Assembly (NCBI GenBank): GCA_023213395.1
Contig: CM041465.1
Location: 205,041,741-205,105,740, forward strand
DNA length: 64,000 bases
Direction of reading: 5' to 3'
Source: Cycas panzhihuaensis
Taxonomy: Eukaryota > Plantae > Cycadophyta
The number at the start of each line of letters is the position of its first letter. Positions within the stretch are counted from its first letter, which is position 1. Below are positions 41,940-55,400 of this stretch, one piece after another. The notes beneath the pieces are model-generated. The model worked only from the letters and a program-made list of their open reading frames with translations. It did not search any database and had not been told where the DNA came from. The position numbers were made by a program, and so were the translations under genes.

Positions 41940-42276
41940 GCTACCTCGGAGATCAACTACATATCTCCATAATACCATCTCTACTGTCTGAGATACATCG
42001 ATTTGTTCTCTTGCTACTATTATTTTCCCCCCATTTCTTTGCTCGTGTATTTCTTCTTGGGGTATTAAAAATATCTATTAGTGTAGATTTAACCCTATGT
42101 TCATAAAAAGGCTCCCGTTTCTGAAATCCTTAATTGCAAGAAGGTTTTGTACTTTCATGAACATTGAAAAGTGCTGAAAGAGAATCAACCATAAACACAT
42201 TTGTTGAATTTACAGGGATAGCGTGCCTCTTGCATAATGCCTGAAGTTGCTTTTGTGGAAGACTGTGATAATCCAT
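41940..42276 (-). pseudogene. Captured 5' part of a conserved uncharacterised plant gene (MDFHSL..LQALCK..IPAN family, small HeH/SAP-like N-terminus)
   Basis: MDYHSLPQKQLQALCKRHAIPVNSTNVFMVDSLSAL; the frame continues past a stop to TPRRNTRAKK. Confidence 0.8.
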
Positions 42277-42463
42277 CCTCACATGCACTAGACCAGCTTC
42301 TCTTGCCTTGTTTCTAACCACTATTTTCGTAGCAAAACCAATCAAGAGATGCAACCAAAGACCGACATGAGATTTTAATGTATTAGACTGTATGTAGAAT
42401 CAAACCACACCGATAAACCAAGATATGTTCTTCTTGGTTGACCCATTTTAGATGCTCCATTCG

Positions 42464-42703
42464 CTACATAGGTCCGTTCACCAACAAGACGAGCACCATA
42501 TGCACTATTTCACTCCCAATAGAGATTGGCCTTAGTTGGCTACTGATTTCTTCCAAATTCAGTGGAGCCAAAACATTATCTATAATAGCTCTAACAAAAA
42601 ATAGAGCTAACTCATTTGTAGCATCAGGTATGTCTAAGGTAGTATCCTCGGCATCCTCTAGCAACAAAACAAAACCATTCACAATATCATCTACTAGAAT
42701 CAC
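42464..42703 (-). pseudogene. Captured fragment of an MA3-domain translation regulatory factor (MRF / PDCD4-like)
   Basis: DDIVNGFVLLLEDAEDTTLDIPDATNELALFFVRAIIDNVLAPLNLEEISSQLRPISIGSEIVHM closely follows the plant MRF MA3 repeat (EDIVNGFVMLLESAEDTALDILDASNELALFLARAVIDDVLAPLNLEEI). Confidence 0.92.
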
Positions 42704-45700
42704 CTACGTATAAAGAGCAAATAACATAGGGGGTGGCACATTGTGCAGGCCGTGTGATAGGAGCAATGCGGTGGAGGTAGCATTTAGGGTGGTGGCTGAA
42801 GCGTGGTGGCAGCTATGCAGTGGCAACGATGCCACTATTAATTTAAAAATTTTATTTTTTATTTTTTTATTTTCTATTTATTATAAACTTAAAAAAAATC
42901 TAATTAAGTTTTATAAGATTTAAAATGCAGGGTTTTGAAGTCTTACCCCCCTCTTTACTCCTAGCCCCCAGTCACATTCATATTCATATGACCATTAACT
43001 TATGTTCAAAGGAGCCAATAATATATTATAACCGTTTTTCTTTTTATTTTTTTTAAATTTTTTATTTTACACAGGGTATCTGGCAAATGTTTGCTATAAC
43101 TTTTCGCTAGTTCATCAATTTTTGACAAAACTATCCTATTATGTTTAGAATTTTCTGTAGTGTGATTTTGACTAGTCATATGACCAATTTGGAGTTGATT
43201 TGACCCACTTTCAGTCAGTTTAAAGTCAATCAACAATTTTTTGAGCATTTTAAAATATTTTTACAAAATCACTTTTTAACAAATTACATCTTATCAGCGG
43301 GAGATTGTTTTCTACCTAGATCTATTCTATAGTTGACTATTATCAATAAACTTCATTACCACTTATTTATTTTAATTTTTAAGAATTATTTTTATCATTA
43401 TTTTAATCACCAAATGTGATACTTTAGCAGTTTTTGAACATTTTACCATAAAAGTACTTGTTGCTATTTTCACTATAACTTTTCTGTTTTGTATCAGAAT
43501 TCAGCTTTGTTAGTTCTGTTAGGAAGATGACTCACTCCTCTTTGAACTGACAAGTTTTTTATATGTTTTAAAGTGTTTTTTATATATTTTCAAATCTATC
43601 AAATTTGAGGTACTTAATAGTCTCTAATTATCATTATTACATATTTACACATATTGTTTCTTAAAATTTTTCAATTGAAAATATATTAAGCAACTTTTTA
43701 AACCATATTTGATCATTTCTTATTACTTTATAAAGTTTTATTAGCATTTTTATAATATCTTGAGCCCCTGCTCCTGTTGAGCCTAAAAAAGAGGGTTGTT
43801 TATTTTGGTCATTCAAATATTGACTTATAGGAAACCATTTTTAAAACGGTCAGTTCCATTGGATAGTTTTTTCATTAATCTTTATATTGGTGAAACTTCA
43901 CATTATTCTGATGTGGTTTAGTATAATTTTCAAGTTGTCAAACTTGAGCATACAAGTCTATCCTAATAAGCTTGTTCTTTAAACTTGTTTTAAGAAAATT
44001 CTATTTTATTTCTTATTGATCACTTATACTATATATTTAAGTATCTTATTTGACTTTTATATAAGCTATTTTTAAGCTAATTTATAATAGAAAGTGATCT
44101 CAATCAAGTGATAAGCCAAGCAGACCTATAATTTAAACGAGTACAATTTATTTTTTAAAAGGTTTCTTCTTCATATTCGTTATATTTCAAAGTGAAAATA
44201 CTCATATATTTCAATTTTAGCATTATATATTATTATCAATACAAAGAATTTATTGCATTAAAAGTTTATATTTATTTAAAAAATTAAAAGGTCAAGGATT
44301 ATATTTTTTATCATGAAAGCTATATTTCAGATTTGTGTAGCTAAAAGATTTTTTGTTATATTTAAATTTGCTTATATATTCATTATTTCCTTATTGCATT
44401 TAATTGATTTATTTTCAAAGGGCATTATATTTCTTTAAAAAAAGTTTATTTAAAATCATTTATGTTTATTGGTTTATTGATCTTTGTGACTTAGTGAAAG
44501 CATGTCCTTTTATGTACTAAAGTTTTTTGATAAAATGGTATTCAATCGTAATCAAGTACAATTTCCTATTTTTGATGGCCATAATTTTTTACAATGGCAT
44601 AAGATTATGCAAAATTATTTCATTACATATGATCTTTAGAAATATTTGCAACATGAATGTGATCTTAGTATTAAAGAAAATTTTAGAAAGGATAATGAAG
44701 TCTTATGGATATTATTTTGCACTATTGATGATAATGCATTTTCAAAAGTTTGTGAATTAACAACCTCTAAATTCGTATAAGATATTTTGATTTCCACTTA
44801 TGGGGGAGATACCCTCAATGTATTTGACATTGATTTTGTTGAGCATATGAGACAAGTGCCAAAACAAGTAAATTATAATGAAAAGACCAAGGAAGACACA
44901 AATCAAATATATGATCAACTTATTTTACAAGAACCTGATCCTCTAATTGAGGGGGAGAATGAATCTTATCATATGATAAAGGAGAGTTATGATGATTTGA
45001 CAATTGTTCATAATACAAAGACTTCAGAAGATGAAGTTCAAGTTCAAAGTTTTCTTAATGTTCTAATTGAGAAAGTCAAAGTTGCAGCTACACATATACT
45101 TTTGAATCAAGCCTCTTCTACTTACAGATTTTTTGTACTACTTCCTGATAGAAGGATACATGTTGCTAGAAGATTGAATTAAGTTAATAAAGATCAAGTT
45201 AAAAGATAGAATTTTAAAGTTTTTTTCAACTACAAATTCTATAAGTTTAAAGAGAAGACATTGTTCGTGATGATTATTAAGGGGGTGAATGTTGGGGTTA
45301 ATAGTCATCACCCCACTCCCACCTTCCAACTAGGAGTGCACACCTCATCTTCATCAATTTACACATGTGGGTGCTCAACATGTGTAGGTAAGTACAAGGT
45401 AAGTTTAGTTAATTTGAGTTATGTTTACTTTGAGTTAAGTTTATATTATTTTATTATTATTTAAATTTTAGGGGTTAAGGAGTTTCCCTCTTCCAAACTA
45501 TATAATTTGAGGGGTGTGCAACCCTGGTGTCTTTAGACATTTGTAACTCTCTTCATAATATGGATTGAATACAATGACTCTTATGATTGTGCAATATTGA
45601 TATATTGATGATTTATTCTATGTTCTGCCATGTTCTCCATGATTTTATTTCTTTCATTTGGTATCAGAGCATTTGGGCCTGTATTATAGTTCCTACATAA

Positions 45701-48700
45701 TATAACTTTCAAAGTAGAATATGAGTCAAAGATGAGGATCACATATGGGCTTCTCAGTATGTCAATCAGTGGGAGCATCATCATGTATATTAAGAGAATA
45801 GTGACACCAAATCATATGTGGGACATAATGGTGAATTATTTGAACACAAGGATGATGTAAGTGTTATTAATATATGGAGTTAATTATATACTTTGAAGAT
45901 GACAAAGAATGTTATAGACTATGTTATACATATAAGTTTCATTTAGGATTAGTTGATGACCATAGGCAAAACAATCATTAATTTAGAGATTATCACATAC
46001 ATACTGATAAGTTTACTGCCTTAGCATGAAAATTTCACCATCACTCTCACTTTGGTAGATAAATTATCCATACTTACAATAGGATTTTTGTAATCTCTAT
46101 TTATGGAATTTGAGTATAAGTTGAAGTACATGTTTAGTGAATCATCTCGAGTGCTATCGTCTAGATCAAAAAGGAAGAAGATATATGTTCCATATAAAAA
46201 TATACTTTTTGAACCCACACTTTAGAAGGATAAACTAGTAGGCTTACAAGGATAATATAAGCCAAAGTGCTACTATTATAGTAAATTGGGCCACATCGAG
46301 AAAGACTATTAGGAATAATGACATCAACAATGAAAGCAATATTAATAACAATAATAACTCTAATATTATAAATAACAACAACAATAATAATGACTACCTA
46401 TACAATGTATTCATGTCAAAGATACAACAAATAACTTGCAAAAGTTTCATAATGATTATTTGTTGTAGTTTACAAAATGGGAATAGATGAATAAGATATA
46501 TAGTTCATTAATTTTTTAGATGTTGGAAGCAAATCAAAAGGTTACCATCAATGGTGATATTGACTTAGAGGCCATAGCAGTAGGGAGAGTGCTAATAACT
46601 ATGCCAAATAGTGATTTATAATATCTAGATAATGTGTTATATGTACTGAACTTGAAGGAAAATCTTATTTTTATAGGGGAGATAGAATAATAGGATATGA
46701 ATATAATATTTGCTTGAGGATAGTGTATAGTTTAAGATAAACAAAATAATGGTATAATTAAGGGTATTAGGGAAACTAATTTGTATAAACTAGAAGGATA
46801 TGCTTATGTACAAAGGGTGTTCCTATTTGTATCCCTTAAATAGAATCTATAACATGGATGCATAGGTCATGTGAACTACACTGGTTTTAATTGATATATA
46901 AGTTAAAAATGGTACATGGTCTTCCCATGATAGATAATTAAGGTTGCTTGTATGAACCGTGTGTATTTAAAAAATAACATAAATAGTCTTTCTCAAAGAA
47001 GAAAGGTATGGAGAGCAAAGAAGAAGCTAGGATTAGTTCACTTAGATATTTGTGGACCAATGCTTGATGTCTTGTTAGGTAGAATAAAATATTTCATTAC
47101 CTTCATTAAAGACTTTTCACAAAAAGTTTAGGATTTTCCACTAAAGAAAAATCATAAACATTCATCTATTTTATACAATTCAAAGAGATGGTAGAAAATA
47201 AATGTGGTTTAAAGATTAAGGTCTTGTGAATTGATAATAGAGGAGAATACACCTCAAATGAATTTACGCAATTTCACAAGGATCATGAGATTAAAAGGCA
47301 CTTTGCTATGATTTATACACCTTAATAAAATGGGGTTATTGAAAGAATGAATAGAACTCTAGTTAGAAAGAGAAAAGCCATGATGTGAGGCAAGGATGTA
47401 TCAAATTACTTATGGGTAGAAGTTGTAAATATAACTACTTATCTAATTAACAAAATAACTACCAAGGCTGTTAAAAGTATGACACTTGAGAGAGCTTAGT
47501 TAGGAAGAAAGCTAACTGTAAGTCATCTTAGAATTTTTGGACGTATAATATATATGTACATTCATAAGGAGAAACAATAAAAGTTAGATGACAAAGCACA
47601 AAATGCATCCTTATTAGGTATTTTGAGAAGAGCAAAGCATATAGAGTATATGAGGTATCAACTTAAAAAGTTCACATAACTCATGATATGATCTTTTAGG
47701 AAGATGGAACTTAAGATGTTAATCCAACAAATATAGAGGACTAGGTTGAGGAGCCATATGAATGTAATTCTTCACATGATATTATCTAGCAAGAGTTTAA
47801 ACCTTTCAATATTGGTGAAGTAGTTGAAATAGAATCATTTTAATTTTTAGATGTTGATTTTGAGTTGAAGACACCCAGGCCAAGGAAGTTATCACCTTCT
47901 TCATCATCAAAGAAACTTCCAAAATGGTATTTAAAAACCATAGAGGATGCTAAGTAAATACTACTAGAATCTAAGGGAAAGTGAAAATGAAAAATATAAC
48001 CCTATGATAATACAAATATGGCCTTAATGGTAAGTGTATTAAATGCTAATAAACCATCCAAAACTAAAGAATCATTAAAAGAGAAGAAGTGGCATGACAT
48101 TATGGAATTTAAAATCCAAGAAGTTAAGAAAAACTAAACATAGGATTTGGTAGAATTGCCTACAACTAAGTAAGTAATTAGATACAAGTGAATCTATAGA
48201 ATTAACTTCAAATATGATAGATTTATATACAGGTATAATACACAAGTTGTTGCTAAGGGTTTCAAGTAACAAGAAGGGATCAACTACAAAGAGACATTCA
48301 CTCATATTATAAAGATGAATACCATTTAAATCATTAAGGTGATAACTACATAATTCAATTGGCAACTACACCAAATGGATATAAATAATATATTTATGAA
48401 TGAAAAGCTAAATGAAGAAGTCTATATAGAGAAGTCACTTGGCTTTGTTAAAAAAGGCTATAAGCATTTGGTATGCTAACCAGGGAAGGCCATATACAAC
48501 TTAAAATAGGCTCCTAGAGCTTGGTATAAGAGTTAGAGTATGCCAGAGGCCTAAACATGTCTTCATTCCATATGCCAATTATACTTGGGAAATTGTGAAA
48601 AAATTCATAATGAAAGAATATAAATTTATACCTACCCACATGGGGAGATGTTTTAGATTGACAACAAAAGATGCTAGAGTAGATATAGATGCTACATTAC

Positions 48701-49497
48701 ATAGGCAATTGGTGGTAAGTCTGATATATTTGATATTTACCATACTTGACATATCTTGTGCAGTTAGAATAATAGTGTTCAAATTTATGGAATCACCAAA
48801 GCAAGGACATTAGAAAGCAACAAAGAGAATCCTTAAATACTTAAAAGGGACAATATAATATGGACTTAAATTTGAGTACAATGATAATTTTAAGTTGATA
48901 AGATTCATAGATATTGATTGGATTAGATGTAAAAATATTAGAATATAAAATTTTGGATATTGTTTTAGTATGGGTTTAATTATAGTTACATGGAGAAACA
49001 AAAAGCAATCAAATATTACTTTATCCTCTACTAAAGTAGGCTATGAGGTAATTGTAGTAGTTATAATAACTATTTATTTACATTATATTTTGGAAGAATA
49101 AAGATGGTGTAATAAAGTTAATTTAGAAAGGTATAATAAAGATGGTATACACGCCTATAGAAGAATAACTAGTTGGCATCTTTACTAAACCTTTGACATA
49201 TAATAAAATTTAGACTCTAAAGGATGGTTTAGGTGTTAGAAGAAATGAAATAAACATTAAGGGGAAATACTAATGTTTGTTTTAAGGAGTCATGGGTGCC
49301 TCCTCACCTTAATTTTTATATTATAATATCAGGATTATAATTATATAAAAATGATAAGTCAATGGGAGGTTACAACTTACACCTCACAACTGTCAAATTA
49401 AATAGAAATGTTATTTTTGTAACTATTAGGTTAAATTGATATAGATCATTTCTACTAGTTAAATAGTAAGTGAAGAGAATGAAGTAAGGTTCCTTGA

Positions 49498-50142
49498 TGT
49501 TGAGAATAGAAGGTCCAACCCTCTAAGAACCACTAAGATCTATTATTTTCTTACAACTAGTTACATAAATGAAACATACAAAATTACATGCAAGTTCTTA
49601 AAACCAGAGATTATACAGTAACAAGACAATGAAAGCCAAACATCACATGTGCACCCAATATAATGTGGTAAAACCCTAGCAGTGTGCTAGGGAAACATCC
49701 ACATAGGAAAGGTAGTGATTTTTATTGCTGCAGAATGGAGAAAATAGTATATCACAGATATAGAGTGCTCTCTGAAACAACAATCAGCCACCGCCCTCTT
49801 CACAATACATTGCATAACATTACAACATAATAAGAAAAGCCCTAAAATGGGCTATATGAGAGGACATCCAAGACCTAAAATCTCAACCGTAGAATCTAGG
49901 GTATTTTCATTGTACGACCCTGATTCTCTTTACACTTTAATATGGTTTACATGGTTAATTTTTAGGTCGGGGGCTATCACCCCTGAACCCCCTTCTAGCA
50001 AGGGGTGTTCCACAACCCCGCACCCCCCAGCCAAGGGGGGCTCTCGCCCCCCTTGGAACTCCCCGAGAAAGATTAGGGGGGGAAACCATGCCAAAAACAG
50101 GCCATAATTTTAGGCCTATAATTGTTGTCACAATACCCAACA
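49498..50142. mobile_element. Solo LTR inserted in the 3' LTR of element E
   Basis: TGTTG...CAACA termini and perfect TSD CTTGA (49493-49497 and 50143-50147). The E LTR resumes collinearly on the far side. Confidence 0.92.
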
Positions 50143-50804
50143 CTTGATTTAATGTAATATATAATTATTGTTGAATAGAGATTTATCAAAAAATTTAAGA
50201 ATTAATTTCAAGGTTTTAGTAGCAGATCTTTTTAATCAATGTCTTCAGTGAATGCCTTATTGTTGCATCCCTCTCCCTCCTCCTAGAATATATATTATAG
50301 AAGTATCAAAATTCGTAACCACTCCTTTTCATTATGTCTCTTTATAAATAAATGAATTAACCCTTAATGTTGATTTAGTCCTTTACTTAATTCAATCTTC
50401 ATTTCCTTCTTTTAAAGGGAATTAGGTATGTGATATTACTTAACTTAAAAAACTATATATTTTAAAGTTTGCTTAATAAAGTGACATGCACCAACCCTTT
50501 GTTTACAAATTTGATTAATCACGTTTATTTATAACACTTTGAGGAGCATATTATGACTAATAAATTAATCATAAATGTTGATAATTGCTAGCTATATAAT
50601 TGGTCATTTAATCAATTAGCTTAGGATGGCTTAACTAGGTATCAAACTTACTTAAGAGGCTTAGCCTATTATAGATAAGGCTTTGAAAAGTTATTTTGAT
50701 GATATATCAGTTATAATAGATAGAGGCTTTTATTAGGAATGCATTATATTTATTGGATTTGTATTTATTATAGCTATTTAAAATTAAATAATAAGCGGCA
50801 AAAA

Positions 50805-52424
50805 TCATAGGATACCACTTCTTTAATGATAATAACACACTAGCATAATGCCCAAATAATACTAAAAAAAAGAGTATTTGTATTTCAATATCCTTCGAGG
50901 GGGAAACCTCCCAATTACATATAATAACAATGATATTTAAGAACTACACTATAAGGATTACATAAATAAATATAGGGCTCTATGACTACTATATAACCTC
51001 CTACTAACATATGTGGGATATTAAGAAGAGAGAAAAAAAGAAGAAATAGAAGGTATAAGAGAGGATAAGAGAGAGAAGAAATAGAAGATATAAGAGAAGG
51101 TAAGTTAGGGGTTGGATCCCTAACAAGTCTTCCCCTTTAAAAAAACTTTGCCCTCAAATCTAGTTGATCTTAGGATGGTTGCTCATTCTCCTAGGTTATA
51201 TCTTATTGTGGAAGTTATTTCCATTTAATTTAATATTCAATGATTTACCTAGATCATAGATGCCGGATTCTTTTATTGATGATACATTTTAGAATGAGTT
51301 GAAGTTGCCCCTTCTGATTTAATATAGGTAATTTGGTTTGAACTTGTACCTACTACCCAATTACCCTCTTCATATATGAAACATGAAAGATATTATAAAT
51401 CCTTGATGGTCGTGGTAAGTCTAAGGTATATATGACTTTACCATTCTTTTTAAGAATTTTGTAAATCCCATAAAATTGAGATTATAATTTATGCTACCCA
51501 TCCCTTTTAAGAGATGACTACTTGTATAATTATAACTATCATTATACCCAATAACCTGGTTAAAATGCTTATTTACTTCACCCTTTATCTGCTTATTATT
51601 TCATTCTATTTTGTTCAAGGTTTAGATTATCCTTAAGTAGCTTGAGAATCTCTGTTATTTGATGGATGTGATCCTCAACTACTTGAACCTTAGAACTAGT
51701 TATAACATAATTCTTAAGTATGGGTGGTTCATAGCTATATAATGCTTATAACATATTCATTCCTGCTAATTCATGTTAGGTTGTATTATGCCACCATTCT
51801 ACTAAAGGAAGCTAATGATATCACTAGCCTTGCTCATCTAAAGTATAACAATGAAGTTATCCATTAAGGCACTTATTTACCACCCTAGTTTGACCATCTA
51901 TTTTTAGATGTTAGGATGAGCTCATTGTTAGTTTGATACTAACCAAATAGAAGACTTATATCCAGAAGTTATTAGTGAACTTAGGGTTCTGATCATTGAA
52001 TATATATTTGGGCATGCCATATAACCTGTGTATATCATTTAAAAAGATCTCAACAGTTTGCTTTGCCTTATATGTGGCTTGGATGCCACATAAATAAGTA
52101 TATTTAGTGAGATTATCAACAACCACTAGTATAACATCTTTTCCTTTTGACTTGGACAAACCTATGGTGAAGTCTATGGAAATTTATTCTCATCATTGAT
52201 TTAGTATAGGAAGGTATTATTGCATTCTTGGGGATTTGATTATTTCTATCTTATGTCATTGATAAATTTCACATGAGGAAACATATCACTTTACATTCCA
52301 TTTTTAACCCTTCTAAAAGAAAGATTGTTTTAAGCAGTCATGTGTCTGTAGGAAACGTAAGTGACCTACTATTAGGGAGGCATGTGTGTCATGAAAAATT
52401 TGCTCCTTGAGACTAGTGTATGTA

Positions 52425-52457
<33 letters not shown>

Positions 52458-55400
52458 CCTATTCTTATACTAGAGAATATTTATGGACCATCTGTAGTGG
52501 GTTGAGTACCCTACCTTAACTTGATGGTCTTAAATGATTTGCTTTGTAAAGGGGTCCTAATCCCATTCTTGCTTCATGAATGCTATCCAAGAGGAATTGA
52601 CCATGGTAATGGAATATAGTGTAGAGCCTTCTTCCTTATGAGATAAAGCATCGACTATTATATTATCCTTTCCTTTTTTATATATGTTTTCAAAGTCAAA
52701 ACCTTGTATTTTGGTGACTCATTTTTGTTGTTCCTTAGATGCTATCTATTAAGATAAAAAATATTTTAAGTTGTTATGGTTTATTTTAATTTAGACATAT
52801 GTCCCCAATAAATATTATTATCATTTCGTAACTACATAGAGAATTGATAATATGTCCTTCTTATAGGTGGATTTAACTTGATCCCTGAGTTTAAGTTGAT
52901 GACTTTTAAAGGCTAAAGGTTTCCCTTCTTACATTAAGACTACTTTAATACCTTTTCCTTATGTATTGTATTTAATGGTGAAGGTCTTTGTAAAGTTTAG
53001 TGTTGTGAGGACTAGAGTGGTAGTTAAAGCCACCTTTAGTTATTTAAATTCTTTAAAGGCATTATCATTCCAATGAAAATAATCCTTTTATAATAGGTTG
53101 ATTAAAGGAGAAGTAATCCTTGTATAACCCTGAATAAACTTTTAATAATACCCTGTGATTCCTTAGAATCCATGAAGGCCCTTAATGTTTTTGGGTTTAG
53201 GCTAGTTTGTGATAACTATAATTTTCTTAAGATCCACCTTGACTCCTTCTTAGGAGATAATATAGCCCAAATATTCTTTTTCTATTTGCCTCAATTAACA
53301 CTTTGATTTTTTTGGCATAGAGATGGTTGTCTACAAGCACCTGTGATGCCTTATCAACATCCTAAAGATGGTCTTCCCAAGTATGACTGAAGATTAGAAT
53401 GTCATCAAAGAAGACTGACATGAATTTTTTTAAGTAAGTTTGAAGGAGTTTATTCATGAGGGCTTGAAAGGTGACTGGGGCATTAGTCAAGTCAAAGGAT
53501 ATGACTAAAAATTCATAATGTTCTTTGTGTGTAAAAAATTCTATATTGTAAATATCCTATGTCTTAATGTCTTAATCTTAATTTGATGGTATCTTGACTA
53601 TAGGTCTAATGATGTGAAGAATATTGCTCTATGAAGCTCATCTAAGAGTTCATCGATGACTAGTATAGGAATTTTATCCTTGATAGTTATCTTATTGAGC
53701 TCACAGTAGTCTATGTACATGTGAAATGAGCCATCATTTTTTCTCACTAAAATCATTGGAGTATAAAAGGTACTTTTACTTTTCCTAATAGTACTAACAT
53801 TAAGGAGTTCTTGAACTAACTATTCAATTTCATTCTTTTACTAGTAAAGGTATTGATATAGTTGAATATATGGAGAATTATTTCTAGGTATGAGGTCAAT
53901 GCCATGATGTTGGTCACGTGTTGGGGGAAGACCTTAAGAAATATCCTGAAAGACCTAGTTGTGGTGGTGAAGTACTAATTTTAAGTCATTTAGAATACCA
54001 TCATCTTAGAGAATGTCCCCTTTAATTAAAAGTTTCTGACCTTCTAGACCATAACATTTGGCAATAATCCTTGTACCACCTCTTTTAATGAGACTCTCCA
54101 TATGGTTTGAGATGATGGTTTAGATTAGGAGAGGAATGATCCCATTCAATTAATAGTTGATTCCTTTAGAAGTAAATCAGATGAAGAGCTCTTACATATT
54201 TAATTGAATGGTCCTTAGTGGTTTGAGCCATTATACCCCTAGTACAACATCAACTCCTATAATAAGAATGGCATATATAGAAGTAGAGAGTTAATAGTCA
54301 CCCATTTGTAATTTGATATTGTGGAATTTTTCCCTATAAGAGAGTGTCCTTCCATTAGCCATCATAACTTAAAAACTTTTAATAAAGATATAGAAAATGA
54401 TTGAGTTCTTTCACAAGTTTATGATTAATAAAATTGTGGGTGCTTGTAGAATCTATGAGGATGACTACTTCCCATTTCTTAACATACCCAATAAGTTTGA
54501 GTGTTTATGGGGCCACAATTCTAGAAGGGCATATACTAATATAGTAGTGTATCTTTGTATTCCTCCTTGGGTGGGTGACAATCATTATTTTTTAGCTCTA
54601 AAGGGATTTCTTGTATTAGTTTGTCATTTTGGACATCCTCAATGATAAATAAGCATCATTTAGGACACTTATATTCTTTGTTCTACTTTTGATTGAAATG
54701 AAAACATAATCCTTTCAATTATTTTTTATCTATCTCTTGGGAAGTCATTCACCACACACTAAGAACCTAACATTGTGGTCACTTTTCTGATAATGTTCAT
54801 AGAAAGGGTTATGATATCTTATTTTTCACTTCAATATATTAAGCAAAATCAATAGCCAAAAAGATGTTATTAGGTTTTAAGAGTTGAAACTTATGTCTGA
54901 TGTTATCTCGTAATCCACTAATGTATAACTCAAGTAATTTATCCTAATAGAGACCATTAATCCTTATGGAGAGACATTGGTATTCTACCATATAAGCTAA
55001 AATAGTTCCCTCCTATCTAACTTTAGCTAATTAGTTGAAGTGGTCATGATCCAAAATACTATCATATTGAGCTATAAGTTCCTTGACAAAACCCTCCCAT
55101 TGATAACTAGGCCCACTAATGATTTTCATAACTCATTAGTACCATTAGTAGGGTTTAGTTTCCATATGCAGAGAGGCAAGAAGGATCTTCTTGTTAACTA
55201 AAACCTGGTGAAAAGAAAAATATTGTTCCAATTAGGTGACCTAGATATGCACATCTATGCCATTGAATTTCTTAATTTTCACCTTAAGAAAGAAGTTAGG
55301 ATCGAAGCATCTATTGTCATTATCTTCATCTTTCTTATTCAAGTGACCCTCACATGTGTGAGTTGTGTAAATAAGTTTTAATCTTTTTTTTAGACTTGTG

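Larger units (their letters stand above)
38922..45697 (+). mobile_element. Element F: non-autonomous LTR element carrying host-gene fragments
   Basis: LTRs 38922-39335 and 45290-45697. Perfect TSD TAATA (38917-38921 and 45698-45702). PPT at 45279-45289. No gag/pol recognised. Confidence 0.95.
36469..50271 (+). mobile_element. Element E: decayed Ty1/copia hosting element F and a solo LTR
   Basis: 5' LTR ~36469-36817, PBS TGGTATTAGAGC at 36818. Zinc knuckle CYYYSKLGHIEKD at ~46270, LVHLDICGPM at ~47035, KLDDKA at ~47580, RT/RNase H at 48050-49240. PPT at ~49259. 3' LTR 49268-~50271 (split). No clear TSD. Confidence 0.88.

Noticed and set aside
42130-42703. Functional host gene exons
   Set aside because: They are fragments of unrelated genes with stops and a frameshift, enclosed in a TSD-bounded LTR element.
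44787-45182. 131-aa ORF as a gene
   Set aside because: Non-ATG start, no recognisable domain, and it lies in the 3' internal region of F.
45659-45670. PBS near the end of F's 3' LTR as the start of a new or tandem element
   Set aside because: The following 27 bp match F's 5' LTR and are followed by the TSD, so this PBS is inside the LTR. The downstream gag-pol belongs to element E.
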